DNA of 64,000 nucleotides from Phoronis australis (taxonomy: Eukaryota > Animalia > Phoronida), in contig NMRA01000092.1 in assembly GCA_002633005.1 (NCBI GenBank), positions 957,861-1,021,860 of the forward strand. Reading direction: 5' to 3'. Below the pieces are notes generated by a model. That model was given only the letters and a program-made list of their open reading frames with translations, searched no databases and was not told the origin of the DNA. The translations under genes and the position numbers were made by a program. Positions 26,364 through 39,500 of the stretch are shown here, piece by piece. Every line of letters begins with the position of its first letter. The first letter of the stretch is position 1.

Positions 26364-29300
26364 GTTTTTTCAAATTATCCGGGCCAGTATTTTTTAAGTT
26401 GGATTGTCGTCAATATATACCATCTCTCATTTTACAATCCTTGACTACGGACAGTCGACAGAGTGTAACTCGTGAACTCCATCAAGGGGCTACATTAGTT
26501 TTTGCAAATATATTTCTGTGGTTATAACAATGGCTGACGTCATATGAATTTTTTCATGTTCTGATTACTGCTGGCCCCTGTGGTTGCGCTTTCTATATTT
26601 TGATTTCTTTGGTGAAATTCCATACATTTGGTCAAATAGTTTCTATATCAAGGAAACAGAGGCACATGCACGTTTTCGAATGATTCTAACCTGTGCTGTC
26701 CCACCACACATCTAAGTTGTGCACAAGGTTACATCACTCGTGTGATTATGTATTGTTAAATATTGTTTGCGGTAAGACATGAACTTAGATCCTAACTAAT
26801 AACTTCGGTGTTGGGTTTTAATTAAATTCGTTTACATTGAGTGAATAAATATTGTTTAACATTGTATTCTGACATAAACCACCTTAATTTTAGTTCTGTG
26901 TTTTGTTTAGTAATTATTTTAAGGTTTTAAATCTTCTCAATGGCTCTCTGCATGGCGGCACTTACATAGATAGCATTTACGGGATGCACAACTCCGATAG
27001 GTTTTTTTTAAACATTTTACCCTTATCAGTTCAAGATTCATAACATGGGTTTGTTTTCCCGTTAATCGATGAACTGCACAGAAACAGTAAATAAAATGTA
27101 CTCCCAAAACCTTCCAATTCATTTATTAGGTCTGCGTAAGCTATTCATTCAATGCTTGACAACTTTACATCATCAAAGTACTTTTTTCCTTCAAAATTAA
27201 AACCGACTGCGGTATACGCAATAAGCATCACCAAAAGTCCAGGCTTTCACAGATCGCGACTGTATTTGAGTATTTTAAGGCACGCACAGTTACAAAGTGC
27301 AGGTTACGACGTACTTTCTTTGCAATATTTGTCGAAACATACAAAACGCAATTTGTACTATGAGCTTAATAACACAGAATCTTTTGGTTTGAATGAGCAG
27401 TCTCTCTTGTTCATAAAACCCACGACCGTGTTGTCTGTTTTATGGACAGAAAGAACATGTACTTGAGCAAATTATGATCCACAAAAGAAACGAGGATGAG
27501 AAAGGAAGGCTACATTTCGACGTGACTAGTTTTCAAGTATGCTTTTCGTTCTGTATATCTTTGTTATGTATCTTGTTCATTTGCTGTAGTGTACTAACGC
27601 CAGTATTGTTCGTCATGATTGTGAGATTATTTTAAAGTCGTTGGTAGAACTCAATTCCTCAATATCCAAGATTTTAAACCCCATAAAATACAAATAATTC
27701 GAAATGAATAAATATTGAGATCGTGTCAAGACCAACAAAAACAGTTTTTCCTGTGTGTTATACGTGATTTCGTCATTATTGCTTTCAGAACACAGTTTCT
27801 TGGAAATGAAGTAACACATTTTCTGGAAAACGCCACCGGCATGTATACAGTTGCTTTTTGATGTATTTCAATGACTCTAAGGGTCATTTTGTCAACATCG
27901 AAAATAACCCCGGGTCGTTTCTAACGGTGGAAAAGTGTCTCATGGGGACATTTTTTTCAATGCTAAGTGACTGTCTTGAAACATATGCATCGGCCATTGG
28001 CGAGAAAAGGTTAACTTGGATAATACTCTACCCTTTCCAATTCATTTATAAGGAGGGTCTCACTCATGAGCAAAATGATTTCCATTTTCCTCTTTTTTCC
28101 TATCTTATATCACTATTATGAATTTATTCATGCAAAAACGTTTATTTCAATTATATTTTACAACACAAAAAGGTATCTATCACACATGCCTATTTATTTG
28201 TGGCCTGGAAAATTTCCGTTTTTGTCATTGGTCATTCCAAGCCCTGAATTTCATCTACTCTCATCTCATCTGCTCTCAGACAAAGCTATTGACTTGCAAA
28301 TTAAAGAACATTTTTGGCCTATCATGCAGCACTCGGTAATGGCAATAAGAGTTTATGAAGCGGGGCATTGCTAATAGAAGTGACACACCTGCGTCTATCC
28401 CGAAACGTAAGTTTAAAATGTCTGCCGGAGCACACAAAAGTGCCCTGTTATTGTCTTTAAGTTTGCTTGTATGGAAAATTACAGGTATCATAACATCTAA
28501 AAGTGCTGACCTGTCTTTTTTGCGTCATTTATTCCTCAAACGAAAATTCGCGATTGCTTTTACTACCAAAAGCATGCAGAAGCAGTGTTTTTGCTCAAAC
28601 AGGAAATTCTAAGTGCAATAACGCCCTGGTGGCATTTTCATTTCCTTGTTTTTTCTTTTCTAGTCAAAGAAGAACACAGAAAGGCTGTGCCACAGAGAAT
28701 GTTGCAGTTGAACAGTTTCGTGGTGTGTCAAAAATCAGGACATTTTGATGGTGGTTGGGACTGCAGAGTAAACCTTCAAAAAGTTCCACAGTCCTTGGCT
28801 ACAAACCAAAACAGAGGGGGTGAGGGGGGGGCACTTTCGACGGTTTTAGTTATGCTTCCTTTGTATCAATTGAATGATTATTAGCAATCTAGTAATTTAT
28901 TGATTAAAATTGTATATTAAAAGTAATAGTTCCTATGGAAGCTTTTAAGCTTCCAAAAGATGTCAAGAAATTCATGGAGTGGTTCTAAACAACGTTTCCA
29001 GGGAAATGCCAGCAAAGATGTTCCCCAATCAAATATGCATATCATCATGGCGGCGCTGGAGAAACCTACTAACAAGCTCGATGAAGGGTATCAAATACTC
29101 AACGCGGCTGTCGATGAAGTTAAAAACATCATCAGTAATGTATAAGAGGACTGTTCTTCCAATATCAATTTTCCAATGCCAATGCCAGTCGTTGATTGCC
29201 TACCCTGGAATACCTTTTGTACACTATTGAGCCCGTCAATCACCATGGATGTCCCCTACGTGTTCCTACATTTGTTACATTATTACTGCTTATAGATGAT

Positions 29301-30424
29301 TGCATTGGCTTTTGAAGTACACATTCTGCTGACATAAAACACCTGGATAAGAACAAAAAAGATGTCAATTTTTTGAAGCAAGAGGAACTAAAGATCAAAT
29401 ACCAAAGCACCAGTCCTAGCTTTATGGATAAATTGTTATACAGCTACTGCTATATAGGTTTATTAACCAGGTAAGTAAATGTACTATATTTTGAACAATT
29501 TCAACTACCCATGCTTTTGGGTTGACATAATTTTTGAAATTAGAAAGCCTCAACAGTTTGACATTTTACCCCTTATACGTATCTATCATAATTTGGGTCT
29601 TGATGTCATTCCTTTTTCTAAAATTTAGCAAAAAAGAAAGTTATGTTCAAAGCAGTGGTATCCACAACAACCAATTTTCAATTGATATAAATGTTCAAGA
29701 TGAAATATTAAAAATTCTGGTGCAGCTTTCTAAATCATCCCTTGGTTTTCGTTTCAGGAAACTTTTGTTGTTTTTTTTTTGTAAAATTCATGAAAGCCCT
29801 ATCTCTTAATGCTCTTCTTGCAAAAATGGCATATTTTGAAAAATTTCCTAGCAGTATTTTGGAGAACAGTGTACAAAACATATGGTGGTATGCAGAAATT
29901 TCATATAAATCAAATTAGCCATCAATATTGATGTAAAATAAGTTAGTCAAATTTGGTAATTTTTCAGGGGTACAACATGACCTTAAAGCCCACCCCTGAC
30001 TTTGTGTTATCCAATTTTAAGACACAGGTCCTTAGGTCAACAAAGTATTTTAAGCTAATACTTTTTAATGTATCACTAAATATTTCCAATTATTTTGTTG
30101 CACTGTAAACATATATTAACATAGTTGAGTCATGACAACGATCAAACAAAAAGTCCCATCCACCAGTCTTCAGTCTGTTGAGAGACAGACCATATACAAT
30201 GTTACACCTAGTTTGACTATTTCCAACAAAGATAATGGTTTTCTTCAAGTGTCTTATAAAACATATTTTAGCACATTCTTCATTCAAACACCACCCACTT
30301 CTGAACAGTTTGAAGCACTTCAAGGACCAAAAATTGCCACTTTCTGAAAATACAATGAGGCTTGGATTCAGAAAATCATGTTAGGTTACCAAAAATAATC
30401 AAGACCCTCCCATGTCGAACAGTT

Positions 30425-30533
30425 CTACATGACATAAACTTTCTCCGCTCCATCCAGGCAGTAAATATCCAACATCCAATGTCCAATAGTACTACATGAC
30501 ATAAACTTTCTCTGCTTCATCCAGGCAGTAAAT
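30425..30533 (-). repeat. Tandem duplication of the last ~42 nt of the MAEA CDS into its 3' UTR
   Basis: 30425-30466 vs 30492-30533, two substitutions. Confidence 0.9.
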
Positions 30534-30593
30534 CTCCTTAGTCCTTGGACATACAACTTGCCCTTCGTTCATCCATGCCATTTCTGCAAGTGC
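30492..30593 (-). CDS. MAEA: MAEA terminal exon 9
   Basis: [33 protein letters not shown] then TAG. Confidence 0.95.
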   Translation of the reverse strand, partial: ALAEMAWMNEGQVVCPRTKEIYCLDEAEKVYVM

Positions 30594-33500
30594 CTGGAAG
30601 CAACAACAAAACCCATGGATACAAAATTGAAACTTCAGCAGTTTCCACAATAAGACTCATTGTTCCTAAGAAATCTTTAGACAGCATGGGCAAAAGCAAC
30701 TAAAGGAGTTATAAAACAGACTACAGGTGGAGCTTCTAATAACCTAAGTAAATATAAACTACTGCAGCGTACAAGAGCAATGATGACACAAATTCATGGT
30801 AAGCTTTTAATCGAAAGTCAATTGAATCAATTCTGCTCTGTGCAACAAAATTTACAATTAGCGATTAATAAGAGATCAAAAGTTATTAACCTCATAAAGA
30901 CAACGGAATGGCAAACAATTAGTTGACAACCTACTGTAGAGTTCAGTAAACTATTATAACCACACGTGAGCAAGGCTACAATTGTTAAAAAGACAAGATA
31001 AATTCTTTCAACGTTAGTCGCTTAACAATCTCGTCTAGTATCCTAAACGCAATATCCACCCTTCTACTTTACAACTGCTGACGACGCCAGAATGTAAGGA
31101 AACGACAACTTACGTTGTAGCCATAGACAAAACCATTTGGAAGCATCATAGGAGGGTTGTTCTCATTGAGAGGATGTCCAGATATATAGCAGATGAGCCG
31201 TGATTGGGCACAGTGTGAGTAAGGGAGGGGCTTGGCCAGCTCGTTGAAGTGTGAACACACAGGGCAATTCTTGTTTTTTGCCTCAGTGTCATCCTTATAA
31301 CAATGTCTGGTGTGTGTGTGTTAAAGAATGGTGATAATTTACTACGCAAACCAACACTATCATGTACCATCTTTATACTCATAATGCACTGAACATGTAG
31401 TTTTAACTCTTTCACTGGCAAGAGCACCTTTCGGCAACTTACACATTCACTGCAAAACATTTCATGGGAGATAACTACAGTTCAGCAACATTATCAAATG
31501 ACAGGACAAGAGTTTTACCAAATCCCAAATAAGTCAAATTTTCGAATTTTTCCGTTTTTGAAAAAATTTCTGTTGATTGCTCACCTCCAAAATGTCCAAC
31601 GTCGCTATTTTTTTACTCAAATTCAAAATGATTCTGGTTAAGGATACGAGTTTGAAATGTCAGACGTGAGTCAAGGCTTGTGGGGGAGTGTATTTCAACA
31701 AAAAACACTTCAATGACTGTTGATGTGCATTTCTTCACGAGAAATCTCATACTTCACCTGGCAAAAACCTGCTTCCAGGCATGAGGTTACAATTTTACGG
31801 TATCATAAAACTACTTATTTGCATTATTAACCTGAAAGTGGCGGACAAGTGAAATTGCATTTTTTTCAATACTGTTCAACAAAAATTACTTTTCATGAAA
31901 ATTTACTTTGCTTTTAGCATGGTCTATATGGTGTGGCTACAACTAAACAACATTTGGTTAATATTTTTAGCATTTGAAACAATGTAGCAAGACTCTGAAA
32001 AATAGAAATATGGCAATTTTAGCAATAATTATGTTTGTCTTAAATTGAAGAATTTTTACCATATCTTCAAAATTTAATTGGCACTGGGAAGTGCAGATCT
32101 AAAAAACCTGACTGTGGAACAGTTAAGCAAACTTAAATACAGACAAGCTGATTTTTTTCATCACAATGGAAACAAAAGCAATAGCCAGCAATAATCAGTT
32201 GACCGAGGCGTGGATTTCGAGAATGACTATTTGATTGCAACCGAGACATTTAAGGTTGGTGGGAAAAAAACAGTGATCACATGGGACAATGTTGGGCTGT
32301 TCTGACTTGCAGTTCAGTCTTGTTGCTGGGATTCAACTCACCAAGAGTTGCCCATAACAGGTGTTAAGGGTACCTAGGACCCTAGACAAAATGTCCAAAT
32401 TTCGCCATATTTACAACATCACATCTCAGAAATGGCTGACCAGATTCATATGAAACTCTCACATACTCTGCTTTATTCAACATTCTCCAATACGCTATCA
32501 GGAATTGTTTTCGAAATGACATTTTTGCTTGAGGGCTATCATCGTAGGACTTATATGATTTTCATGAAAAAAAATCAATACAAAATGACAAGAGATTTCA
32601 TCTCGAACATGAATATATCAAAAGAAATCTGGTCACGTTGTTGACACCGTTGTTTTGCTATCGATGTACCTTTAGCTGTTGGCTAAATTTCCCCCAAAAT
32701 ACATGGTCACACGACCCAATTAGCAAGAATTATAAAAAGTAAAACAATCAAATTCTACAGGCTTTCCACATTTGAAAATAATATACGCTCTTATAATTAG
32801 TTTAAATTTATACTTTTGTCGATATTTGGCTAAAGACACAGACAAGCCATTAAGGTCCCACATAACCTTAAAGATGTATTTGCACGCTCCTAACTATGCT
32901 AATGTCTAACAGGAACTAAACGACAATGCTATTTGAACATCATCTATGCTAAACAAAGTGCAGTTGTATTCGTTGACAATTTGTAAATGTAAAAATAAAA
33001 AATTCTGCAAATAGGTGACCTTTGAACTAATGATGTACCTTGGGGCTCACATAACCTGCATCATGCAGTGTTATTCCCCAACATTGGATACGGTTTAGTG
33101 ATTTATGGCGGACCACTTTTGACACAAAACTCGTTCGTGAAAACATTTGGCAATTTTCAACCTACTTCATATTCACATTGTCGCTACATGTTGCGATTTT
33201 TACTAATTTGACCAAGCAATCGCAGAGATAAGGAATTTGTGGGCAAGTTCCACTTTAAGCAGAGTTGAATTACTCCTCCATGCTGAACATGACATACTTA
33301 AACAAAGGATACGGTGTTTTAAGTGCCGACAGACCAGCTTGTAATGTAACTACAAAGATAGAGTCACTGCTCAACTGATGTAGTTTAAAGTTCTCGTATC
33401 TGAACTGTTCCACCAGCATTTGCCAGCGATCTGCAGACAAGAGTTCCTGTAAGAGACAACAGAGGGCATGTGGTAATACAACTATAGATGAGGAAGATGA

Positions 33501-36500
33501 ACATTTTTTTTAAACACAGAACACTAAAACCAAAATGGCGTTTGAACATGAAGGAAGCCTGATGACAATTCAAACAGCAGCCTCGTAAAGCATATCAAGG
33601 GCAAGTATTTTTAAATGCAAGTTTTAAAATGCAAACTTTTCCCCTGTTTGCTAATTATTAAAACAAGGTCTCAAACACATTTTAAGGGACAGATTTGCCT
33701 GGCCAGGCAAAGTACACGTCAACCACTTTGTATTTAATAAATATGAAGAAGTGGAAAAGTATGACATAAAGTATGAACATAATTCTTCACCTATAAACAC
33801 AACTAATGGACCTAAATTTGGTACACGAATTCACAAACACGGTTGCCACGTTTGTGAGTAAATAAACTGAGTTTGCCTGGACTGTGGGTCACGTTTATTG
33901 GGAAAGAAAAGCACTCAGTAAGTCAGTGCAGCAGCCATATTGTTTCCAACCACTGACTATGATGTTGTTAATATCTCAGGGACCTCTTTGTCTCCCCCCA
34001 AGGGAACCCACCATGTCCCAAAAGTGTATTGGAACCAAGTTCAGAAAATTACTACATAGGGGGTGTATGGTGCACTATTTGGCTTTTCCATGAAACTTTG
34101 TGAAACACATGTAGTAACATACTTGATAATCAGATACAGTTGTGTCTGAACAGCAAGCCAGCAGTCCCATCACCTTTTGAACTCTCAGCAGATGGCTGTC
34201 ATCGGAGGTGGAGAAATGCTTGCGTGCGTGTCTGAAAACAAGAGCCACGCCATTTTAACTTCATCATGACCAAACAAAACATGGATAGGAATTAACTATT
34301 AAACACCACGTGGCATAGAATCGATCTTCACAAAGGACTGATTCCCACATTAATTCTAGTTGTGAATCCCAGATTGGAGTGCCATAACACAAGCATACCT
34401 AACCTTATACAGTACAAGCCAAAAGTATTCAGACAAAATGACTGCAATTCATCCTTTTCTCTCATATCGAGAATGATCTGTAACTAAGAGGAAAGTAAGA
34501 AAGTGGCTAAGCCATTCTGCCCTAATAGTTAATAGACTAATTTTGACTGTCAACAGAATTAACCCTCATGACGGGGAAAATGACAGCTTGTTTGACTACT
34601 TTGTACACGTTAGTTGTACACCTCAGCAGTCATTTCGCTTGGACATGGTAAGAAGAAAGGCCTTGCCAGAAATAAAATACACTAGTTTTCACAATAAACT
34701 GAGCAACGTCGAAATTTGACTGAGGTTCACTGCACAAACTGCGACTTTTCTACTTGAGCATGTTTCAATTCAGGCTAAATGTCCACAGGTGTTGCTCCAC
34801 GCACTTTGTCGAAATAGTGACAACTTGGTGAGACCCAATAACGTCATGTTAAACTCTGACCAATGTATGACAAATGTGAAATTTTATTGTCCAGGCAAAT
34901 CTTTGAGTAAAACAGCCAAACAATTCTGGCAGAAGTTTGGCAGAGTCTGACAGTTTTGTCAAAGTTTGTCAAGTCTATTTTGAAACCCAGAGCCCTTCAG
35001 AGTCAAAGCAAAGGCTGACATTAAGCAGACAGTACCGTATTGCCTCAATCCTCTGGTTGTTGCGAATTAGCTCAATAAATTCCTGTTCTCGCAGACTAAA
35101 CTCCAGCGTACTCTGCAATAACAAAAATAGAACAATATTTAAAACCAAACCCAAAGATTTTAAGTCGACAACCTCAAACTTTGATGCATCATGCAACATT
35201 AATGTAAAATATGACATGCATCTTTCAGTTTAACCTAAAATGTGTCCAACTGTAACAATGTATGCCACTTTTGATAGTAAAGTCTGCTTCATATGTTCTA
35301 AAAAGTGAACTAATGAGAGACTTTTGGGAAGCCATGACAACTGTTGTGAGAATGATGATTTCAACACGGTTTTCTAGGTGGCCAGGTACAACTTCACTAT
35401 ACTCACGCAAAACAAATGGAAAGTATTCGCAACGACAAAAGTTAGTGCTGATACTTATCACTGCGAAGTGGACTTTTAGACAGTGCAGTGCAACAGTTTG
35501 AGCTACAAACTTCTGTTGGGGAGACAAGAGTTCAAATATGGCTACACTTGCAGACCAATGAACGTTGAGCAAAACCACCACCTACTCATCTTTGCTTACC
35601 AGTGGATAAGTACAAAAGACTGAATGGTGTGACAACACTCTTAATATTTTCATACACGACTGGGAAAGTTGGAATGACAACTGGAGAGCATTCTGTAGAG
35701 CTAGTTCCCTGTGTAAAAAGTAAGATCTCACAAGACCTAGCAAAATCACACGAGTAAAAAGCGAGCATTTCCCGAGGATGCTCAGAAGCTTTACTAGCTT
35801 AAGCTAACTAAATACCAGCCACTGACTGACTGGATGGTGTTGAATTATGGGATAGAATTAATGAATTGAGAGATTAAATTCACTGTTTCCATTCCATAAG
35901 CAATCATTTCTTGCTGTGGCTGCAGACTAATGTCTTGGAAGTTAACAGAACTCTGCCTTGAAGTCTGCTCAACATAACAGACATAACTGGTTCACAAACA
36001 ACAGCCATTCAAAGCGACACACACACATACACAGACAGACCTACCTTGAGCCTCCTAAGTTTTGATTTGTTGTCAGCACACCAGGCTAGGCAGGGGGCCG
36101 TCTCACCATTGGCTAGTGACTCCTCCACTTGTTTGGAGACCAAGAACAGATCTATGTTGGTGAGGTCCTTAGATGGGAAAACAGAGACACAGTGAACACT
36201 ACGACTATATGTAAGAATGATTCAGCATAGAAATGTTCTGGTTATAGCAGTCCAACCAGACTGCCACTAGATGTCACTGCAATTTTGATGGGAAGTCGTT
36301 TACATTTAGGTATTAACTAAAAATATTGCCCATCTTCAGTGAGGACATGACTTGTGTACTTACAGACAAGAAAAATAATAAATGGCACAACTTCCCCATC
36401 AATATTCAAAAGTATGCCTATCTTCATTAAATGCACAAGTTAACGTTGCCCAGTGTGAGAGGTAATGTTTCATTGTAATGGCAAGACCAGTGGACCGTAA

Positions 36501-39500
36501 CCAATACCAATGCTATATACAATCCAACACAGTACTAACTGTGATATCCGAATGCTGGGCCAACTTGAGCGCTGTCTGGTAATACCCACAACGCAAGAAG
36601 TACTCAACCAGCATGCGGTCTAGTCGCTTCTTTTTCCACGTGGTTGCCACGGACGATGAGAACTTCTCGTATTCCTTCAAGTGCGCCAGGCGTCGTTTAC
36701 AAAGACGAGCTGTGTCCAGTTCATCACTGACATTTTCATCAGCCTGTGAGCGGGAAAAGATATGGATGAATGTACACAAATAAAAAATTGCCCGTGTATC
36801 TTCACAGCACTTACACTAGCTAAGAGCTGAAGGTCCACCAGAGAGCTTTTCATCACTCGGTGAATTTATTTATTTATTTATTATTGTGATATTTAAAATG
36901 AGGGTGGCCTCTTCAGTGATAGCACTGCTTTCCAAGAGGGCTGAAATGGATATAAACCAAAAGAAAGGAAGGAACATTCTTGTTCAGTGGGTTAGTACTA
37001 ACCAAATCAAATTCCCTCGACACCTTTAGAAAACTGCAAACGGTCTTACCGGTTACATTTTGCTTCTTTTTACCTTCCTCTTACAGCAACGAATCAAATC
37101 GTCTGCCATCTTCTACTGTTAGTTTTTGACCTAATGACGTCATGTAGTGAACCCAATGCCAGCCAATGAGCCCAGTGAATGCTTTAGTTCAAGAGTTCAC
37201 CAACAGGTTAAAAAATGCAAATGGCGCAGTGACAAGTGAAAAGTAAAAAGTCGAATCTTCGAGTGAAAAGGTTCTTTCGAAGGGCTTGATTTAAGTGCAC
37301 TTTTATATTTGCTGCATTATTTCTTAAGATAAATGTGTTCACGTGATCGCAATTTCAACGCATGCAGGTTGTTTGACGTGTAAATCGAGTGTGATGTGTA
37401 TGGCAATTGATTCCACTCTCACTGTGGAGACTTCCAACCCTATTTAAGGGTTGGTTTACTGACTACACTTATACCAGTGAGCATGAGACACTGACATCAC
37501 AAACACTCTCAACATTCACAAGACTTATTTCTATCTGCGAAACCAGTTTTGTTCCATTACAGGTATACAGTTATAGCAACCATAGTAACCATCTCGCCCG
37601 TACTGCATAATGTTAGGGTGGGTATACGGTTTGCACATTACCTAGACGACCGTCAATGCATCTTCAGCCTGATTCAACAAGAACACGGAGGGAAAATCAC
37701 CAGAGCCAAAATGTTGAGCACACTTGTGTTAGATATGTTGAGAGTGATAGTGTGTGCCTTTAAGAGACATTGATAATTAAATTTGATATCCCATGTCTGA
37801 ACCACCAAGACACGGGATAAGAACAAATAACTGAAATTTTATGCTTAGTCTCATGTGTCTGTATTTTGCAGAATCTGCAAGTTCGTAGTTTTTCGCAGTG
37901 GGCTGTTTTCCTGCCTGTTGTTTAAGATTTCTCTCCTCTGACGAATGTTCAGACGGAAGATCCAGGATTAAATGTATATATGTCTATTAGTATTGATGTA
38001 TATATGTTTTCTGTGTTTTCACAATCAATGTCACACAGCTGTAATCAGGGCTTGGAATGACCAATGACAAAAAACGCGGAAACTTTTACGGCCCAAAACA
38101 TGCGCGCTACCCAGCCTTGAAATAGTCGATGTGAACCAAAAAAAAAAACGTTACCACCATCAGTAGCATGTGTCTGCATCTTTTTATCTCGTCCATCCAC
38201 TCCTCCACTCCCACCCCCACACATTTTTGGCTGCAGAGCCGTAGTATTTGTCACCGCGGTTTACAATCACACGAGACGCCATTGAAAATCCCACCACGCT
38301 ATCCCAGATGCCCCGGCAATGTTGACAATTTACGTTCCTCCAAAACATAAAGAGCAACTTTCACTCGCCGCGATAAGAAAGGAATTTGCCGCGGAAATTT
38401 TACATCAAATCCGATTTTTTTTACGCGGAAATATAATAAAATGCGAGGACAGAACATTTGAAAAAAGCGGAAATCCGCGTTTCCGCAGAAAATTCCAAGC
38501 CCTGGCTGTTGTATTGTTTAAATATACAAAAACATGCGACTTTCAAAGTGTTTGACAAGAGAAGGAATTGGAATGGCCATATCAGGATTTATAAAAATGA
38601 AAACGATATTAACATTAAGAAACATATCAATCACTCTCAGACTGCGACTCACAACTTGCTACATATATTCGATCCTTATGTACGGATGTGAGACATGGAC
38701 TCTTAATAAATCATTGGAAAGAAAGATCGACACGTTTGAAATGTGGATATTCAGAAGGATCGGAAGAATAAGCTGGACGCAGAAAACGACAAATGAAGAC
38801 GTGCGCAAACAACTAGGTGTCAAACCATCTCTTTTGTCCACCATCCAAAATCGTAAATTGAACTTTTTTGGGCACACGGCAAGACACGACAACACAGAGA
38901 AAGACATACTATACTGTCATCAGGAAGTGAAAAGAGCAAGAGGACGACAACGATTAATGTGGAGAGATGATATCAAGACATGGACAAGATCAACGATGAC
39001 AGAATGCACCAGACTGGCAAACAACAGAGAGAGATGGAGGTCCATTTCATGTCGACCTCAAAGGAGATGACACCCGATGATGATGATAGAGCTCTGAGAA
39101 GGCTCAAATCCACAGAAACTATTGCAGTGTTGAATACCACTTATTTATACGAAAATTTGCTGCCAACATAAAAATTACAGCACGGTAGATTTCAGACATT
39201 TAAAGCCATATTAAACCCATGCTTTGTGTCAAACACCAAGTTTTGATTTAGGTAACTTAATACTACAAATTTGGTATAGTCTCCGTCCTTACTCAGCTGA
39301 AGAGTGATGTGTGAGCACAAGAAGGACTGTTTGTTATGTCTTCAGAAATAATGAAGTCAGTTCTTTTGAAGCCATAAAATCACCCCCAGCTTGACTACGA
39401 AAATATTGCGGACCAATGGTAAGTGGTCTAAATCAAAACTTGAAATAAGATACAACAACGGCAGTAATAGCCATGAACTCTGAGCAAAATCATTGACAAC

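Noticed and set aside
25363-26373. 336-aa ORF in the track
   Set aside because: Artefact of the N gap.
30425-30494. Stop-codon readthrough extending MAEA into the duplicated C-terminus
   Set aside because: The duplicate is offset by 67 nt and therefore out of frame.
38534-39070. Host gene of 178 aa nested in MAEA
   Set aside because: Motifs and the (GAT)n tail identify it as a truncated RTE LINE.
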